Shown: positions 1 to 64,000 of the stretch, piece by piece
Layout: every line of letters begins with the position of its first letter
How positions within the stretch are numbered: position 1 is the first letter of the stretch
NCBI GenBank assembly: GCA_951406725.2
Contig: OX597840.1
Coordinates: 6,200,001 to 6,264,000, forward strand
Reading direction: 5' to 3'
Origin: Octopus vulgaris
Lineage: Eukaryota
DNA: 64,000 bases
Translations under genes and position numbers: made by a program
Notes under the pieces: generated by a model
What the model was told of the DNA's origin: nothing
What the model saw: the letters and a program-made list of their open reading frames with translations, nothing else
The model's database searches: none

Positions 1-765
1 AGACCTGGTCTGAGGGCAATAACCTGAAGGGGAGGACATAGGTCGCAGGAGTGTTTTCTGCTTCTGTGATTACATATTGCCTAACTATCGTGCCTTGCCC
101 CCATTCGTGGTTGGTCAAGTTGGAGCAGCTGCTTTTCGACTTTTAGTGGAGGGGTAGAAGACCTCTTGTAAAGCGCTGTCTGCTGCCAGCACCTTCTAAA
201 TGGTGGGCTAGAGATGCCTTGGCTGTAGCTGCACAGACATGTGCTGAGGCTGAGGCATCTATGGCTCTACCTGTTTCTTTTTCCAATAGACTACATTGGG
301 ATGAATTTCAAGTTTCAAAACGTGGCTTACATTTTACTCAGCCTCATAATATACTCAATGGCATTCCTTTATGGTATTTCTTCCTATAACTCCAGGATGA
401 ATCTTTTCTTGTCTATGTAACAATTGATGACAACAATCAGCTTTTCTGATGTGGAGAGTTAGAGAGCAACACTGCAGATACTGAACTGTAAAAGTTATAT
501 TATGAATGAGCCATAGTTTTCATTTGTAGTACTTGGCATTTTATCTCTTCTACTAATATGTTTAAGAAATCACGAATGTTATTAACTTGCTTTTCTCCCC
601 TACAAATCTTGTATTTATCCAAAAAAATGTTACTAATATCTCTACTTAATACAGCAGCAAGCCACACCCTGCCACTAAGTCAATGAATTTAGCTGCTATT
701 GAGATTTTACCTCATGAATTTCAAATGTGACATTTTAATAAATCCTTTTTTAATTCTTGTTTTAG

Positions 766-63191
<62,426 letters not shown>

Positions 63192-63775
63192 GTAAGTACA
63201 ATTCTACTGTTTGTTTAGTTATTAACATGAAAGTGTTTAAGGTGGTGAGCTGGCAGAATCGTTAGCATGCAGGATAAAATGCTTAGTGGTATTTCATCTG
63301 TCGCTACGTTCTGAGTTCAAATTCACTAAAATAAGTACCAGTTGAATACTGCATTGAGGCCCACATTTCACTACCTTGTAGCATACGTGTTTATATGATA
63401 AGACTTCTCTCTTGCATCTTACAACTCTTTCTTCCTATGGCTAAGTTTTCTCTCAGAACATTTGCACTTTGTCATACATGCACGCTAACGTTGCACATAC
63501 GTTAGAGTTTGTTCCAATCCTATCAAACCATCCCATGTGCTCTGCATTCAGGCCAACATCTCACTACCATGTAGCATACATGTTTTTACATTTGGAGGAT
63601 AGTTTCAGATAGAGGAATTGAAAGCAAAACTCTAATGTAATAGATAACATGGACAATCAAGAAATATATGCATTGCTCATAAGATGACCATCGGTTAGTT
63701 TGTCTTTTCTCACTCAACATATTACATATAATGACTAACATCATATAAACTTTGAATATGTCAGCAGTTAATTCA

Positions 63776-64000
63776 TCTCTATATATAAACGGCAGTTTGT
63801 CTGTCAGGTTGTACCCTCACCCTGACCACGGCTTTCAACCGATTCTGATGAAACTTGACATACACATAGCCCAATGTCATAATTCAAAACTAACGCAGTG
63901 AAAATTTTGAAAAGTTCCCCCAGTTCTGAAAAAGTATTCGAATAACTTGCGGCTGCAGCAGCTATTAGCAGAAGTGGCGGTGTTGGGGGTAAAGTCTCGA
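63776..64000 (+). mobile_element. Probable Helitron 5' end
   Basis: a|TCtctatatataaa inserted at attca|ttc relative to the paralogous site at 62180; the 3' end is not seen. Confidence 0.55.

Noticed and set aside
655-678. Possible 24-nt phase-1 micro-exon (xASHTLPL) upstream of each exon A, with a tactaat branch-like motif and a cagcag acceptor
   Set aside because: The only in-phase donor is a poor gtcaat and read-through meets a stop, so it is not supported without RNA data.

Overview
AT-rich, repeat-dense eukaryotic genomic DNA. The SINE and RTE-tail repeat families resemble those of octopus, which is an inference. The ORF track is mostly repeat noise. Reading splice signals directly shows one large plus-strand gene crossing the whole window, with no start or stop codon visible. 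It has five two-exon modules (exon A phase 1->0, exon B phase 0->1). Each encodes a ~133-aa divergent discoidin / F5/8-type-C-like domain (C-x-x-x-x-GM...IPD...GW...[GA]C), and four of them are recent tandem duplicates at 0.7-11.5 kb. Between and after them lie about 20 symmetric phase-1 micro-exons of 21-42 nt, including fourteen 42-nt exons encoding Ser/Thr/Pro-rich 14-mers such as ASSVSMPYSESTVT. All of these units can be skipped or duplicated in frame, apart from one ambiguous exon at 61722. This suggests a mucin-like, micro-exon-built secreted or surface glycoprotein that is still expanding by segmental duplication. The introns hold many tRNA-derived SINEs, RTE LINE fragments, mariner/Tc1, Chapaev-like and Gypsy remnants, non-autonomous Helitrons, long palindromes, and Penelope-type hammerhead-ribozyme-like motifs.
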